DNA of 64,000 bases, from NCBI GenBank assembly GCA_965224085.1, contig CBDCYI010000011.1:448001-512000 (forward strand). The letters are read 5' to 3'. Position numbers and translations under genes: made by a program. Below are positions 11,184-22,462 of the stretch, piece by piece. The DNA is from Candidatus Marinacidobacterales bacterium. GTDB taxonomy: Bacteria > Acidobacteriota > Vicinamibacteria > Marinacidobacterales > SMYC01. The notes under the pieces were generated by a model. It saw nothing but the letters and a program-made list of their open reading frames with translations, had not been told where the DNA came from and searched no databases. How positions within the stretch are numbered: the stretch's first letter is position 1; every line of letters begins with the position of its first letter.

Positions 11184-12220
11184 CTACGGTGTTGGGCCGA
11201 CGCGGCACTCTCCGTTGCGGCGAAGGGTTGGGTATTCGACGCCCAGCTGCTTCATGTAGGTGTCGTATCGGCTCGCGTCGTAGTAGAACGCCTTCATCGC
11301 TTCACGATACTCGTTCATGTCTCTTGGTTTCTCTCGATCGCCGGCTCGTCGTCGGGACGGATGAAAGGCTCGTACTTTACGTCCGTGACCTGCACGTTCC
11401 GAAAATAGTCCCACGCCTCTTCCACGAGCTCGGGCCTGAGCAAGAAGTCCAACACCGTCATCGCATGCACTTTGGCTCCGGCCGTAGCGCCCTTGTGGGC
11501 GATGGGTGTGGCCATGGCGATGGCGTTCGACCAGTTGTGGCCGGGAAGGCCGGGGATGGTGGACGGGAACGACAACGTCGCCGTAGGGACATTCCACGAA
11601 ATGTCGCCGATATCGTCCGCATAACCGGCGCGACGCTGATCTTCGGTCAGTGCCGGTCGAAGCTCTGCGAGCTCGGTAGCGAGCCCGACTTCGCGGCCAG
11701 ACACCTCTTTCTGCACGGCATGCGCCAAGGTTTGATCGTCCTCGCTCCATTCGGGAAGACCGACCTCAGTGATGTTTCCGTAGATCGTCTCCGCGACCGT
11801 CTTGTTGAAGTGGCCGGGCCAGGCAGAGCCGATGATACGGATTCTCGCGAGTTCCGTTCCCGTCATCATCGCGGCCCCGCGCGCGATCTCTTCGCCGATC
11901 GAGAAGAGATCGCGAATTTGATCGGCGTTGCGCTCGCGGAAGTAGAACCAAATCGAAGCGGTCGGGGGGACGACGTTCGGTTGGTCGCCGCCATCGACGA
12001 TGACCGAATGCGAGCGCTGCTGTAGCCTCAAGTGCTCACGACGAAAGTTCCACCCGACCTCTATCAACGCCGCTGCATCAGCAGCGCTTCGTCCGCGCCA
12101 CGGCGCGCCGCGCGCGTGGGCGCTTCGCCCCTCGAACATGAACAATGCCGATATCAACCCGGTCCCGGGCGTGATGCCCCAACTCGTCGAGAGGTTCGAG
12201 CCCACATGAGAATAGAGCAC
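11184..12220 (-). pseudogene. M20/AbgB-like amidohydrolase, 5' truncated and frameshifted near the C-terminus
   Basis: SAHA..PWRGRSA.DA, GGDQPNVVP, DDIGDISW, PGHNW motifs. Confidence 0.75.
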
Positions 12221-12351
12221 GATATCCAAGGAGTGCTTCGTGGCTTTAGAACAGCAGCAAGGGAAGGATTCTCTTCTCGTCCTGGTCACTGAAAAAAGCG
12301 GCGGTCGCATCCGCATCGGCAGCCACGTGCTGACCCGGTTGGGCAGCGTCC

Positions 12352-12387
12352 AAAATAGAAAAAGGCCACCCGCTCTCGCGGGCGGCC
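12352..12387 (-). terminator. Rho-independent terminator of hsp20
   Basis: Minus strand GGCCGCCCGC-GAGA-GCGGGTGGCC followed by TTTTTCTATTTT. Confidence 0.8.
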
Positions 12388-12403
12388 CCCTCCGGCGACG
12401 ACG

Positions 12404-12841
12404 TTAGGCGACTTTGACGTCGATTTGACGCGGCTTCGCTTCTTCGGCCTTGGGCAGGGACAGCGTGAGAACACCGTCCTTGTACTCGGCACCGATCTTG
12501 GTGACGTCGACCGAGCTCGCGAGGCTGAAGGACCGGCTGAAGGAACCGTAGGAACGCTCCGTTCGGTAGTAGCCCTCTTCCTTGGCTTCTTCCTTGCGCT
12601 CTTTCTTGCCCCGGATGGTCAAAACATTGTTCTCGACGTGCACGTCGATGTCCTCTTTCTTGATTCCGGGAAGCTCGGCGTGGATGACCACCTCAGCGCC
12701 CTTGTCGAAGATGTCGACAGCGGGGTTCCAGGCGCCGAGATAGTCGACGTTGGACTCGCGGGGCAGATCGAAGAAGCGGTTGAAACGATTGGTGAGAGCG
12801 GTGAAATCTTTCAAAAATGGGTCACGGGCGACTAGATTCAT
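12404..12841 (-). CDS. Small heat-shock protein Hsp20
   Basis: PAVDI, AELPG, ERSYGSFSRSF, YKDGVL; RBS AGGAGG before ATG 12841. Confidence 0.95.
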   Translation of the reverse strand: MNLVARDPFLKDFTALTNRFNRFFDLPRESNVDYLGAWNPAVDIFDKGAEVVIHAELPGIKKEDIDVHVENNVLTIRGKKERKEEAKEEGYYRTERSYGSFSRSFSLASSVDVTKIGAEYKDGVLTLSLPKAEEAKPRQIDVKVA

Positions 12842-12901
12842 TGGAAATCCTCCTCTTTTTGACTTTCGAAACTTTGGGACGACTTTTTGTGGCACGCCAG
12901 T

Positions 12902-12930
12902 AATATACCAAGTGTACACAGAGATGTCAA
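12902..12930 (-). promoter_or_regulatory. sigma70-type promoter of hsp20
   Basis: TTGACA-17 nt-TATATT on the minus strand in AT-rich intergenic DNA. Confidence 0.75.
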
Positions 12931-13026
12931 CTAATATGCGTTTAGAAATATAATATTACTCATTTATATATGATTGTATTAACATCATATCAGTGACACC
13001 TACCGCATGGTAAACTGTCCGCTGTT

Positions 13027-13563
13027 TTGGTAAGTACTGAAAGACTGGCGCGATGGCGGGTTCCTCTGAGCTGGCTTTGTGGCCTTAGTGCGCTCTATTT
13101 CGCGATCCCGACGCCTCGTCTCTATGCGTTCGGGGTGGGCTTGGCCCTAGCCGGGGAGCTCATTCGTATGTGGGCGGCGGGCCACCTCGAGAAGAACCAA
13201 CGGGTGGCGTCGGGTGGGCCGTACCGATGGACCCGTAACCCACTCTATCTAGGTAGTTTGCTGGTAGGCACCGGTTTCGCTCTGGCCACCGGACGCGTGG
13301 TTCTTCTGGTTGCCGTGGCGGTTCTCTATATCGCCGTCTACGTTCCGGTCATGAGGCGCGAAGAGGCGCATTTGGGGCAGGTATTTCCTGGCGATTATGC
13401 GGCGTTCGCCGACCGCGTCCCGCTGTTTTGGCCTCGAATTCCAAAGGGAGATGATCGGGCGTTAAGCGGATTTTCCGTAGAAAGACTACGGCGCAATCGG
13501 GAGCATTGGACCATACTGGGATGGCTGCTCGTAACAGGGTTTCTTGCGTGGCGGTTGTGGTAG
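13027..13563 (+). CDS. Isoprenylcysteine carboxyl methyltransferase family protein
   Basis: GPYRWTRNPLYLGS, REEAHL...F. Confidence 0.85.
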   Translation: MVSTERLARWRVPLSWLCGLSALYFAIPTPRLYAFGVGLALAGELIRMWAAGHLEKNQRVASGGPYRWTRNPLYLGSLLVGTGFALATGRVVLLVAVAVLYIAVYVPVMRREEAHLGQVFPGDYAAFADRVPLFWPRIPKGDDRALSGFSVERLRRNREHWTILGWLLVTGFLAWRLW

Positions 13564-13567
13564 TGGC

Positions 13568-13879
13568 TTACCTTTCGGCCATCGGGACGAAGCCTGCGGG
13601 GATGACCTTCATGCGCTTGCCCATTTGTTCGTCGTAGTATCGGCGATAGAGAATGTCCCACTCTTCGCTGCCTTCGGGGATATCGCGCGCCTGGCTTTCG
13701 ATCTTGTACCGGACAGCCTGGTCGATGACCTCGTCGTCCTTGAGCTCTTCCTGGATGACGCGCGCCACCTCGAGCCGGATGTCGCTATCTTCTTCAAATA
13801 ACTCGACTTCGGGCTCGCTCCGAAGGTAGTTCATCACCAGATTAGCGAGATGATTGACTTTGGCGTTCGAGAGTCGCAT
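13568..13879 (-). CDS. DUF507 family protein
   Basis: MRLS..KVNHLA, IPEGSEEWDILYRRYY. Confidence 0.8.
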   Translation of the reverse strand: MRLSNAKVNHLANLVMNYLRSEPEVELFEEDSDIRLEVARVIQEELKDDEVIDQAVRYKIESQARDIPEGSEEWDILYRRYYDEQMGKRMKVIPAGFVPMAER

Positions 13880-13882
13880 GGG

Positions 13883-14161
13883 CTAAAGGATGATCTTCCT
13901 TTCGCGAGCCAACTTTTTCTTGATCATCTTGAACATCTCGCGATATTCGACGTTCGTACGGCGCATCTCCTCGGCGTGCTGTGTGAGGATTTCGCGCACC
14001 TCGTCGTTCAGCCGATCCTCCACTAGAAGCTCCTCTGTCATGATCCCAATCAGCGACTCCATCATGTGGGCTGGATAGTCGCACTCGATCAATTTCCTGT
14101 CCTGGAGCTCCCGAGTGATACGGTAAGCGATGAACTCAACTTGATTCTTGGTTAACCTCAT
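13883..14161 (-). CDS. DUF507 family protein
   Basis: EDRLNDEVREIL, YREMFKMIKKKLARERKIIL. Confidence 0.8.
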   Translation of the reverse strand: MRLTKNQVEFIAYRITRELQDRKLIECDYPAHMMESLIGIMTEELLVEDRLNDEVREILTQHAEEMRRTNVEYREMFKMIKKKLARERKIIL

Positions 14162-14322
14162 GTCCGAACAAAAAAGTCTATCACACGGCTCGACGTAACC
14201 TCAAGAAGAACTGGAGGTTTTAGTCCGCTAATAAACCCGCCGCCTCTTGACGCTCTATCAAATGCGGGATGGAATGATCGAGGGGTGGGAGTTCATCCTT
14301 CTGGATGACCCTTCAGGATCCG

Positions 14323-14351
14323 TTGACAGCCAAAGTTGACGTCGCTATACT
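14323..14351 (+). promoter_or_regulatory. sigma70 promoter of tRNA-Asp
   Basis: TTGACA-17 nt-TATACT about 50 nt upstream of the tRNA. Confidence 0.75.
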
Positions 14352-14399
14352 CAACTGTTTTCGCGGGCCGGTCAGGCTGGCCCGTTCCCACGACCTAGC

Positions 14400-14476
<77 letters not shown>

Positions 14477-14514
14477 TAATTCCAACGACTTGCGGCGATA
14501 GACGTGTGCCCGCG

Positions 14515-15968
14515 TTATCCTGGGGCGTCCAGAGCGTTTCGCGGATCGATGCGATCCACCGGAAAGGCGAGCGTGAACGTCGTGCCCTCACCGACGGTGC
14601 TCTCCACCGATAGGTGCCCTCCGTGTCGCTCCACAATGCGGTAGGCGGTGGGAAGGCCCAGTCCCATCCCCACCCGTCCGCGCTTCTCGTTGAAGCGGAA
14701 CTCGAAGAGCTCGTCCAGGACATGGGGCGTCATGCCCGGCCCGGTATCGAAAACCGCCACTCGGACCCACTGGTCCTCGCGCGCCGTTTCGAGGGACAAG
14801 CGGCCCTGGCCGTTCATCGCCTCGAGCGCGTTGACGATGAGCGTCATGAAGACCTGATTGAGCTCCAGGGGGCGGCACTCGATATCGGGTACCTCCGAGA
14901 ACTCCTTCACGATCTCGACGCCTCCGTATTTGTCCCGGTCGATGAGAGCAAGCGTGGCTTCGAGTCCCTCGCGGACGTCCGAGCGCTGAAGCTCCGCCTC
15001 GTCGAGCCGCGCGAAGCCCTTCAGGGAACTCACGACTTGTTTCATGCGGTCGAGACCGTCCCGGGCGGCCGCCGCGCTCGCTTTGGTCGCGGCCAGGCTT
15101 CGTGCCACCTTCGCATCGCCCTTCGCGAGCGGCGCGAGCCTTCGCACCACGGCGTCGGAGGTTTCCAGTCCGCTTTGGACCACACCGAGAGGGGTATTCA
15201 ACTCGTGGGCGACGCCGGCCACCAGTCCGCTCATCGCGTTGAGCTTTCCCTTGAGAAGCATCTCGGCCTGCCGCTCCTTGATTTCCACGTTTTTGACCTC
15301 GAGCTCCACGGCATCGTAAATAGTCCGGCGAGCCCTGCTCGCCATGAGCGCGAGGAACGCTCCGACCATGGCCAGTACGATGAGGCGCACCACGGTGACG
15401 CCCGGGTTGAAGTGGAAGTGGTCCATGTACTGGGGCTCGCCGCGGTCGCTGGGTGGGACAGGACGAAACCCACGAGGGCCAAATGTAGGAGCATGAACCC
15501 ACCCGCAGACAGGATCGGGTAGAGCGGCCTGAGCGCAAGGGTGCTGATGACGACGAGTGGGACACACAGCGTGAAGAGCTCGTTATTCACCAGAAACGTG
15601 GGCGAACCGTCGGACGTGTCGCGGTCTACGTACCAGATTACGGCAACCAGGCTCATCAGGACGAGATCCAGCGCCACCGCGCCGAGACCGGCAAGCTCGA
15701 GCCGCTGATGATTTCGCGCAAGCTGCACGAGGTAAGAGAGTGCAGCAGCAGCAGCCGCCGTAATCGCGAGGCTGGCGTAGGCCTCGAAATCCGTCTCCGC
15801 GGCCACGCCGGGAGCGACGAGGTCGAGCAGATGAAGGGCCGACAACAAGAAGAAGATCCCGACGAAAATCAGCCGGGCTACGAGAGACCAGAAAAGGCCG
15901 CGCGCATCGCGGGCGCGGACGAGCTCCTCGGCGGTGGTCGCGCGTGGCGGAGGAGAGCTTCGTTTCAC
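14515..15968 (-). pseudogene. Membrane sensor histidine kinase, frameshifted near 15450-15560
   Basis: AGVAHELNTPL H-box, LNQVFMTLIVNA, DTGPGM, GMGLGL; TM region in another frame. Confidence 0.8.
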
Positions 15969-16092
15969 GTCACTCTTGCCGAATGCGACGCGTGTAGGCG
16001 GGAGCGTCCGGCCCTGTCGGTGTCACCTATCTTATCTGAGTATGCCTCAGCGAGTAACAAGATCGGAGTTCTTCCGGTCGGTCGGCGGGATT

Positions 16093-16118
16093 TTGTCCGT
16101 GTTTTGTCCGAGATGTAC
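16093..16118. repeat. 26-bp direct repeat, copy 1 (TTGTCCGTGTTTTGTCCGAGATGTAC)
   Basis: Identical to 18560-18585. Confidence 0.85.
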
Positions 16119-16173
16119 GGGTCAGCGTTGAAAAATTATTGATCCGGCCGACTAGAAAACCGCTCGGTCCCGG

Positions 16174-17550
16174 TTGGCGGGTGGTATTGTGGGCCACTAT
16201 CGTGCACGGACAGCAAGATGTTCGGCACCGTTTGAAGATGACCCGCAACATTTCATTGCTTCGAAGCATCCCGAGTGCGGACGATTCCCGGGCCCAATCG
16301 GTGGTGTGATGGGTGCGCAAGCGGAGTCGGCGCTCCGGCTCTCGGGCACGGTCGGGGCAAACAAGGTCATGGAGTCCGAGTTGCTCCGCCTCGTGAAGCG
16401 ATCGCCGTTTCACGTGCGGTTGCCTAAGCCGGCGCGCCAGGGCTCGACAGCGCTGCGCTACCCATTCGACCCCGCGGTTGCCTGGGTCGCAGCCTGCTAT
16501 CACCGCAGTTCATCGCGGATAGGTTGGGATCTGGTCTCGTCGCCTGCGGTCCGGCTCGAGCCGCTGGTTGCCGACTTGGTCCCGCTGCTGGCCACGGATT
16601 CCCGCCTGCCGCGCGGTCGTTCGGTCACGTTCACGGTGGAGGTAAAGGGAGCCGAGGACTTCGAAGCCGGACCGCTGCAACTGCGTGGCGCCGTCAAGAG
16701 CGCCTTCGAGCAGGCGATGCAGAAGCGAGGTGGCCGGGCGGTGGTCCAACGCCTGGCCGCGGATTGGGAAATGCTCGTGCGCCGGGTCGGACCCGAGAAC
16801 GACCGTCGTACTCTCGTCATCCTAGATCTCGGTCGTGGGCCACGACAGTTGCGTGGGCAGCGCGTCGCCCAGGGCCCGGCGCCCATGCGCGAGACGCTGG
16901 CTGCCCAACTCGTCTTGCTGGCGAACTGGATGCCCCACGTCGAGCCACTGGTCGACCCGACCGCCGGCAGCGGCACCATCGCGGTGGAGGCCGCGCTGCT
17001 GGCCCGTGGCTTTGCCGTTCGCAAGCCGGCGGAGCTTCCGGCGCTGCGATCGCCCGTGTTTGCCGGCCTTCCGCGGGAGGCGCCTCCGCTATATCCGGAT
17101 ACGCGTCCGTACATCCTTGCTTCGGACGTCGATGAGGAATGCATCGCCTGGATGATCGGAAACCTACGCGCTTCGGGCCTTACCGGACGAGATCTAGAAC
17201 ACTCCGTCGTTGTGCGGTCCATGAATGCGACCGACCTCACACCGAAACGGTTCGCGGATATCCTGCCCGACGCGCCGCGCGAGCGCGGTCTCTTCGCCTT
17301 CAACCCGCCCTACGGGCGCCGGATGCAGGGAGAGGATGGCGACGTGCTGAGACTCTATCGCGACCTCGGCCGCACGCTTAAACGCTTCGACGGTTGGCGA
17401 GCCGCCGTGATCGTTGCAAACGAGGGATTCAAGGCGGCCTTCAACGCCCGGCCTTCCATGGTCAAACCGACCTCTGCCGCCGGACTACGCGCGCAGTTCC
17501 TGGTGTTCGACCTGGGAAGGCGACAAGCCGGTAAGAGACGCGTGTTCTAG
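16174..17550 (+). CDS. THUMP/RlmL-like class I SAM RNA methyltransferase (start uncertain)
   Basis: APMRETLAA, LVDPTAGSGTIAVEAA, FNPPYG motifs. Confidence 0.75.
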   Translation: MAGGIVGHYRARTARCSAPFEDDPQHFIASKHPECGRFPGPIGGVMGAQAESALRLSGTVGANKVMESELLRLVKRSPFHVRLPKPARQGSTALRYPFDPAVAWVAACYHRSSSRIGWDLVSSPAVRLEPLVADLVPLLATDSRLPRGRSVTFTVEVKGAEDFEAGPLQLRGAVKSAFEQAMQKRGGRAVVQRLAADWEMLVRRVGPENDRRTLVILDLGRGPRQLRGQRVAQGPAPMRETLAAQLVLLANWMPHVEPLVDPTAGSGTIAVEAALLARGFAVRKPAELPALRSPVFAGLPREAPPLYPDTRPYILASDVDEECIAWMIGNLRASGLTGRDLEHSVVVRSMNATDLTPKRFADILPDAPRERGLFAFNPPYGRRMQGEDGDVLRLYRDLGRTLKRFDGWRAAVIVANEGFKAAFNARPSMVKPTSAAGLRAQFLVFDLGRRQAGKRRVF

Positions 17551-17654
17551 TTCTTCGGCCCTTAGAGCTGTCTCAGCTATCGGAAAGAGCTATGCACCGA
17601 TTGCCAAGGATGCTTTGCAGCTCGTCGCCTTCGTCACTGAGACCGCTCTCATTA

Positions 17655-17980
17655 TTGTTGGCGCCTGTGATCTGCTTGATCTCGGCTAGTGCCGCCGTGT
17701 GATCCCAGTGCGCCTGCATCGTAAGCAGAATCTTGACGTCTTCAAGTTTGAAGCCCACCGCTTCGATATTTTCCCGAATCAGTGGGGTGGAATCTTCCAA
17801 CCCGGTGTTGATGAGGATGTGCCCTTCGTCGGTAGTGATAAGAAAGAAGCCCTGGCCGTAGGTGCCGACGGCATACAAGTTGCTGATCACACGATGGCCG
17901 GGAAAGGGTCGCGTCCACTCCTCATTTTGCGCACTTAATTGGGCAGCGGTAAGTATGAACCCTAATCGCAAATAAACGTC
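17655..17980 (-). pseudogene. Subclass B3 metallo-beta-lactamase N-terminal fragment
   Basis: EEWTRPFPGHRVISNLYAVGT..LITTDEGHILINTG..LLTMQAHWDH..LAEIKQITGA, then homology stops. Confidence 0.75.
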
Positions 17981-18399
17981 ACCGTGTCTGAGGTCTTTGG
18001 CCCCGTGAATAGCACCTTTTCCAGGTTCTGCATACACCGTGCAGAATCACCTATCGTGGCGGCGAGCGGGTGCCCCAGCATGAGCTTCTTGCCTGCGCCC
18101 AGTGCGGCTGTTTCGCGTTTTCGTGCTTCGAAGATTTTGCGATTAGGGTGAAAAGACAGCTGACGATTGCCAGCCGAGATAGAATTCGCTTCATGATGGC
18201 GCCGATTCTCTTTGTTTTTTGCTGATACGGGTTTGGAAGCATAGGACTAATCGATGGAGAAGTAGCCGCTCACGACGGCGAGCCCTGGGCGACGCCGCCG
18301 ACGACCCGCCCGACCCGACCGCGTTCGGCTTGGCGTTTGTGGGCGGCACCCAAGTCGGCGATCTTGTGACGCGAGTCGATAGGCAGGACTCTGATGGTA

Positions 18400-18507
18400 C
18401 GTCGCGTAGCTTGGTGACCGACCGGTACTCTTCTTCGCCATGCCACCTGCGCCGATGGGAGCCAGGATCTCGCAAGGGCCGTGCTTGCGTCCTGCTTCCA
18501 GAGACAT
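18400..18507 (-). pseudogene. Ser/Thr kinase N-terminal stub
   Basis: MSLEAGRKHGPCEILAPIGAGGM. Confidence 0.65.
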
Positions 18508-18559
18508 CCATCGTGATTGTAGGGGCAGGGGAGCGGGCCTTCAAGGAGCGCGCTGGCGA

Positions 18560-18585
18560 TTGTCCGTGTTTTGTCCGAGATGTAC
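18560..18585. repeat. 26-bp direct repeat, copy 2
   Basis: Identical to 16093-16118. Confidence 0.85.
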
Positions 18586-18653
18586 TTCGCAGCAGCGCGA
18601 GAAGTGAGATCGAGACCTTGAAGGCGATCGCGAGTAGTATGTGAACGACGATT

Positions 18654-19312
18654 ATGGTAGCAACGCGTCTAACAGAAAGATTAGGCATTCGCCATCCCAT
18701 CATCCAAGCGCCCATGGCCATCGCTGCCGGTGGCAAGCTCGCCGCCGCTGTCTCTGGAGCGGGTGGACTAGGGTTGATCGGGGGCGGTTACGGGAACGAA
18801 CATTGGCTATCGGAGCAGTTTGACGCTGCAGCGCATCAACCTGTTGGTTGTGGACTGATTGCATGGTCACTGCAAGAGCAGTCCCACTTGTTGGACGCTG
18901 TCTTGGCACGCGCGCCGACGGCTCTATTTCTATCCTTTGGCGATCCGGAACCGTTTGCGGCGGATATCAAGGCGGCGAACGTCCCGCTGATTTGCCAGGT
19001 CCAAACTCGACGCGACGCCGTCCACGCCATAAACATCGGCGCGGACATTGTGGTTGCTCAAGGAGCAGAGGCCGGTGGCCATGGCGAGAAGCGGGCTACC
19101 GTCACGCTCGTGCCGGAGGTCGCAGATCTTATCGCACGCGACTCGCCAACACGCTTCTTTGTGCCGCGGGTGGGATAGGAGACGGTCGCGGCCTTGCTGC
19201 TGCTCTGATGCTCGGTGCTGACGGCGTTGTCATCGGGTCTCGATTCTGGGCCTCGACCGAAGCGCTCGTTCATGATGGAACGCGGCATCGGGCAATCGGA
19301 AGGAGGTCGTGA
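18654..19312 (+). pseudogene. Nitronate monooxygenase, frameshifted and 3' truncated
   Basis: HPIIQAPM, QGAEAGGH; second frame AAGGIGDGRGLAAALMLGADGV. Confidence 0.8.
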
Positions 19313-19831
19313 ATGATCGAGCGACTGTTGGTCCTGTTGACGTTGGGCGTTGGTCTCATCCAGCCACCGCTGGCTGGCAGAGAGTTGTCTGAAGACGAGG
19401 TACGCATGAAAGAGCAGTTGATCTCCTTGAGCCAGGGAGAGGCTTCTGTGGCGGATCTCCGCATTGAGCTGATGGACGGCAGCATGGTAGCGCATCGAAG
19501 CTATCTCATTGCCGATGGGAAGATCGTCAAGCGGGAATGGGATTCGCCTGGCTCACCAGAGCAGCATGACGAGTGGACCGTGACAGAGGATGAGGTTCGC
19601 GCGCTCCTTCGAGACCTGGTTGAAAAGCAGTACTGGACGTTCGAGGGAACGCGGTTCATTCCTGACAACACCGTGTTCCTGTTCCGTTTTTATTACAAGA
19701 ATCTAGAGCATGTCGATTATCGTTGTGATGTCGATGAGTACGAACCGTCTTCGCAACGCTCCGCGATCCGGTCGGCCTTTTTGACCTTCGTCTCACGTTC
19801 TTCGCCACCAGAGCAACCGGGTATGCGTTGA
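19313..19831 (+). CDS. Hypothetical secreted protein
   Basis: RBS AGGAGG, N-terminal signal peptide. Confidence 0.55.
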   Translation: MIERLLVLLTLGVGLIQPPLAGRELSEDEVRMKEQLISLSQGEASVADLRIELMDGSMVAHRSYLIADGKIVKREWDSPGSPEQHDEWTVTEDEVRALLRDLVEKQYWTFEGTRFIPDNTVFLFRFYYKNLEHVDYRCDVDEYEPSSQRSAIRSAFLTFVSRSSPPEQPGMR

Positions 19832-19862
19832 TCCGTAGCGGAGACAACCCGCCACGCCGCGC

Positions 19863-20189
19863 TCAAACGGCTCGCGGGGCGAGCTTACCGAGCTCCGCCT
19901 GCAGAAACGCTTTGACGCCCTCGCCGCCGGTGAAGTACAGCCAGGCGTTCGCTTCGCCTTCGACAACCAACGAGAACGCGAGGAACGGACAACAACGACG
20001 CTCGAAAGCGATGAACTCCGCGGCCATTCGGATCGTTTGCGCTTCGGGCAGAAGCTTCAACGCGTAACCGGAATCTAGCTCTCGAGTCTCTTGAATGGCA
20101 GCGACTAGCTCCGAGCGCAAAGTTTGATACTGTTCTCGCTCCTTCGGGCTGAATGCGTTCAAGTTGCAGGCGATCGGTACCGAGCTCAT
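19863..20189 (-). CDS. Conserved hypothetical protein (PIACxL / ERRCCPF, metal-related)
   Basis: PIACNL and FERRCCPFLAF motifs. Confidence 0.7.
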   Translation of the reverse strand: MSSVPIACNLNAFSPKEREQYQTLRSELVAAIQETRELDSGYALKLLPEAQTIRMAAEFIAFERRCCPFLAFSLVVEGEANAWLYFTGGEGVKAFLQAELGKLAPRAV

Positions 20190-21100
20190 TTAGGATGCCT
20201 CGGTGAGCGCGAGGGTATCGTTCGATGCGCGGTAGGCGGCGAGAGCGAGGCCGCCCAACCCGAACACGACGGAAGCGACGAGCACGACGTTTCCAAGAAA
20301 GGGCATCCGCGTGAGAAGAATCAACAAAGTCAGCCCGAGCATGAGCTGAAAGAAGCCGTGATGCTCCACCCACGGAATCCGACTTCCCAGCCGCTCTCCG
20401 ACAAAGAGCGCTGTAGCGACGATACCGAGGACGAGTGCGACGCCGTAGAGGGGAAAGCCAGCGAGCGCCAACCACCATCCGCCGATGAGGACTCCGATCA
20501 TCAGAAGAATAGCGACGGTAACGGGTATCACCACGCTCAGTAACGCTCCCAGGCCGACGCTGGACCAGGGCGCGGCCCTCATCGCGTCTGCCGTAAGCCC
20601 TCGAAAGCGCGGAAGAAATGTTACGAAGAGAAGACCCAGGCCGATCGTCGGCACGAGATCTCGGAGCAAGGCGACGAGAAAGCCGCCGGCATCGGCGGAA
20701 GGCTCGGCGTCGTCGTAGCTCAGCTCACCACCAATCGAGCTGCCGTCACCGATCGTGAGCTCGCGCACGCTCGCGTTTACATCACCCTCTACGCGACCCT
20801 GAAGAGTGGCCGAGAGGGCGACCAAAAGCACATCACGGCCGACCCGAGATTCGGGTCCGAGACGAACGGTGGCGCCGGCACCCAGCAAGTCGTCACCCAC
20901 ATCGCCCGTCAGAACGATCTCCGAGCCACAGCGCCGGATGCTGCCGTGGACGGCACCTGACACGATCGTCCGGCCGCCGCCCCCCATCAGATCGCCGGAC
21001 ACGACGCCCGAGACCGTGACATTCCGGCCGAAGGCGAAGACATCTCCAAGGACGGTTCCTGCGATCTCGATGTTCTCGCCCACGACATAAAGGTCGTTGA
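20190..21100 (-). pseudogene. Polymer-forming (bactofilin-like repeat) membrane protein, 5' truncated
   Basis: GxVxGD beta-helix repeats followed by several TM helices. Confidence 0.6.
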
Positions 21101-21595
21101 ACTAAGCCGCTCGCGCGGCGGCGGGACCTGCAAGCTCTCCCGAACTGGTGAGCCAAACTGGGGGCATTTTGCCTGCGCCTTTTTCGCCGCAGCCCATCGC
21201 CCTTCCAGGGAATCACGGCGCGCAGGTCGTGTCAAGGTTTCGCGCGCTTCGCGCGCCGGCTGCGCCGCCCTGGACACAACCTACGCGCCGTGATGCGAGT
21301 CACTATGGGCGATGGGCGGACGGGTGCCTCCGGCAGGGGCTCCGGACTCCGGGTTTTGCACGGCAAGCCAGCCGCGGTGAACTCACTCTCCTCTAACCCG
21401 TTTCCCTTGTTTTTCCGGGCCACGGGAGCCAGAAGGGATTAAGGAGGACGGCTTCGCCGTCGTCTTCATTCGTTCGATCTTCGCTCCGGACAACGAGTCC
21501 TGCGTTTCTCGGAACCGCTCTCTCACACATGGCATCATCCCTGTCCCCCGCGGGCGGCGATGGTCGTCGTCTGCTAAATCACTGGAGGAATAATC

Positions 21596-22456
21596 ATGGG
21601 ATGCCTTAGCGAAAAAATGCTTGCCGACATGAAACTGAAGGGGTTCGCACGCTCCACGCAGGAGGAGTATCTGCTGCGAGCGCGCCATTTCGCGGCACAT
21701 TACATGCGCTCACCCGCCGAGATGGGCGAGCCGGAGACCCGCGATTATCTGATTCATCTCGTTAACGAGAAGAAGGCCTCTCCGGCCAGCCACCACATGT
21801 ACGTCGCCTCTCTCAAGTTTCTCTACGCAACCACACTCAACCGCCCGGAGGAGGTGGCGAAGATTCCTTGGCCCAAGAAACCTCGCACGTTACCCGATAT
21901 CTTGAGCGGCGAGGAGGTCGATTGTTTGCTTCACTCCGTTAACTCCGTCAAACACCGCGCGATTCTCATGAGCGCCTACGGCGCCGGGCTGCGCGTTTCC
22001 GAGGTGTGCTGTCTGAAGCACTCCGACATCGACTCCAAACGCATGCTCTTGCACATTCGTCACGCCAAGAACTCCAAGGCCCGCTATGTCACGCTCAGCG
22101 AACGTTTGTTGAGCTTCCTGCGCTACTACTGGAAAACCACTCGCCCTCGCGGAGAGTACTTGTTTCCCGGCCGTAATCCTGGTGCCCACATCTCAGACGA
22201 TGGCGTTCGCTGGGCTCTTCGTAAGGCCGTGGCTGAGGCGGGGCTCACCAAACGTATCACTCCTCATTCGCTGCGCCACGGTTTTGCCACACATATGCTC
22301 GAACTGGGTGAAGACATTCGTACCGTGCAGCAACTGCTCGGTCATGCCTCCATCCAGACCACGGCCCGTTACACAAAGGTAACAGCAAAGCACTTGGGGC
22401 GCATCAAGAGCCCTCTCGATTTGCTGGGAACGAAGAAGGGCAAAAAGCTCGGCTAG
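21596..22456 (+). CDS. Tyrosine recombinase (IS91-associated type)
   Basis: YGAGLRVSE, HSLRHGFATH, LLGHAS, TTARY catalytic motifs; RBS GGAGG. Confidence 0.92.
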   Translation: MGCLSEKMLADMKLKGFARSTQEEYLLRARHFAAHYMRSPAEMGEPETRDYLIHLVNEKKASPASHHMYVASLKFLYATTLNRPEEVAKIPWPKKPRTLPDILSGEEVDCLLHSVNSVKHRAILMSAYGAGLRVSEVCCLKHSDIDSKRMLLHIRHAKNSKARYVTLSERLLSFLRYYWKTTRPRGEYLFPGRNPGAHISDDGVRWALRKAVAEAGLTKRITPHSLRHGFATHMLELGEDIRTVQQLLGHASIQTTARYTKVTAKHLGRIKSPLDLLGTKKGKKLG

Positions 22457-22462
22457 CTCATC

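Noticed and set aside
10994-12025. Long antisense ORFs (e.g. 10994-12025, 14614-15522, 43315-44202)
   Set aside because: Shadow ORFs opposite recognisable genes, expected in GC-rich DNA
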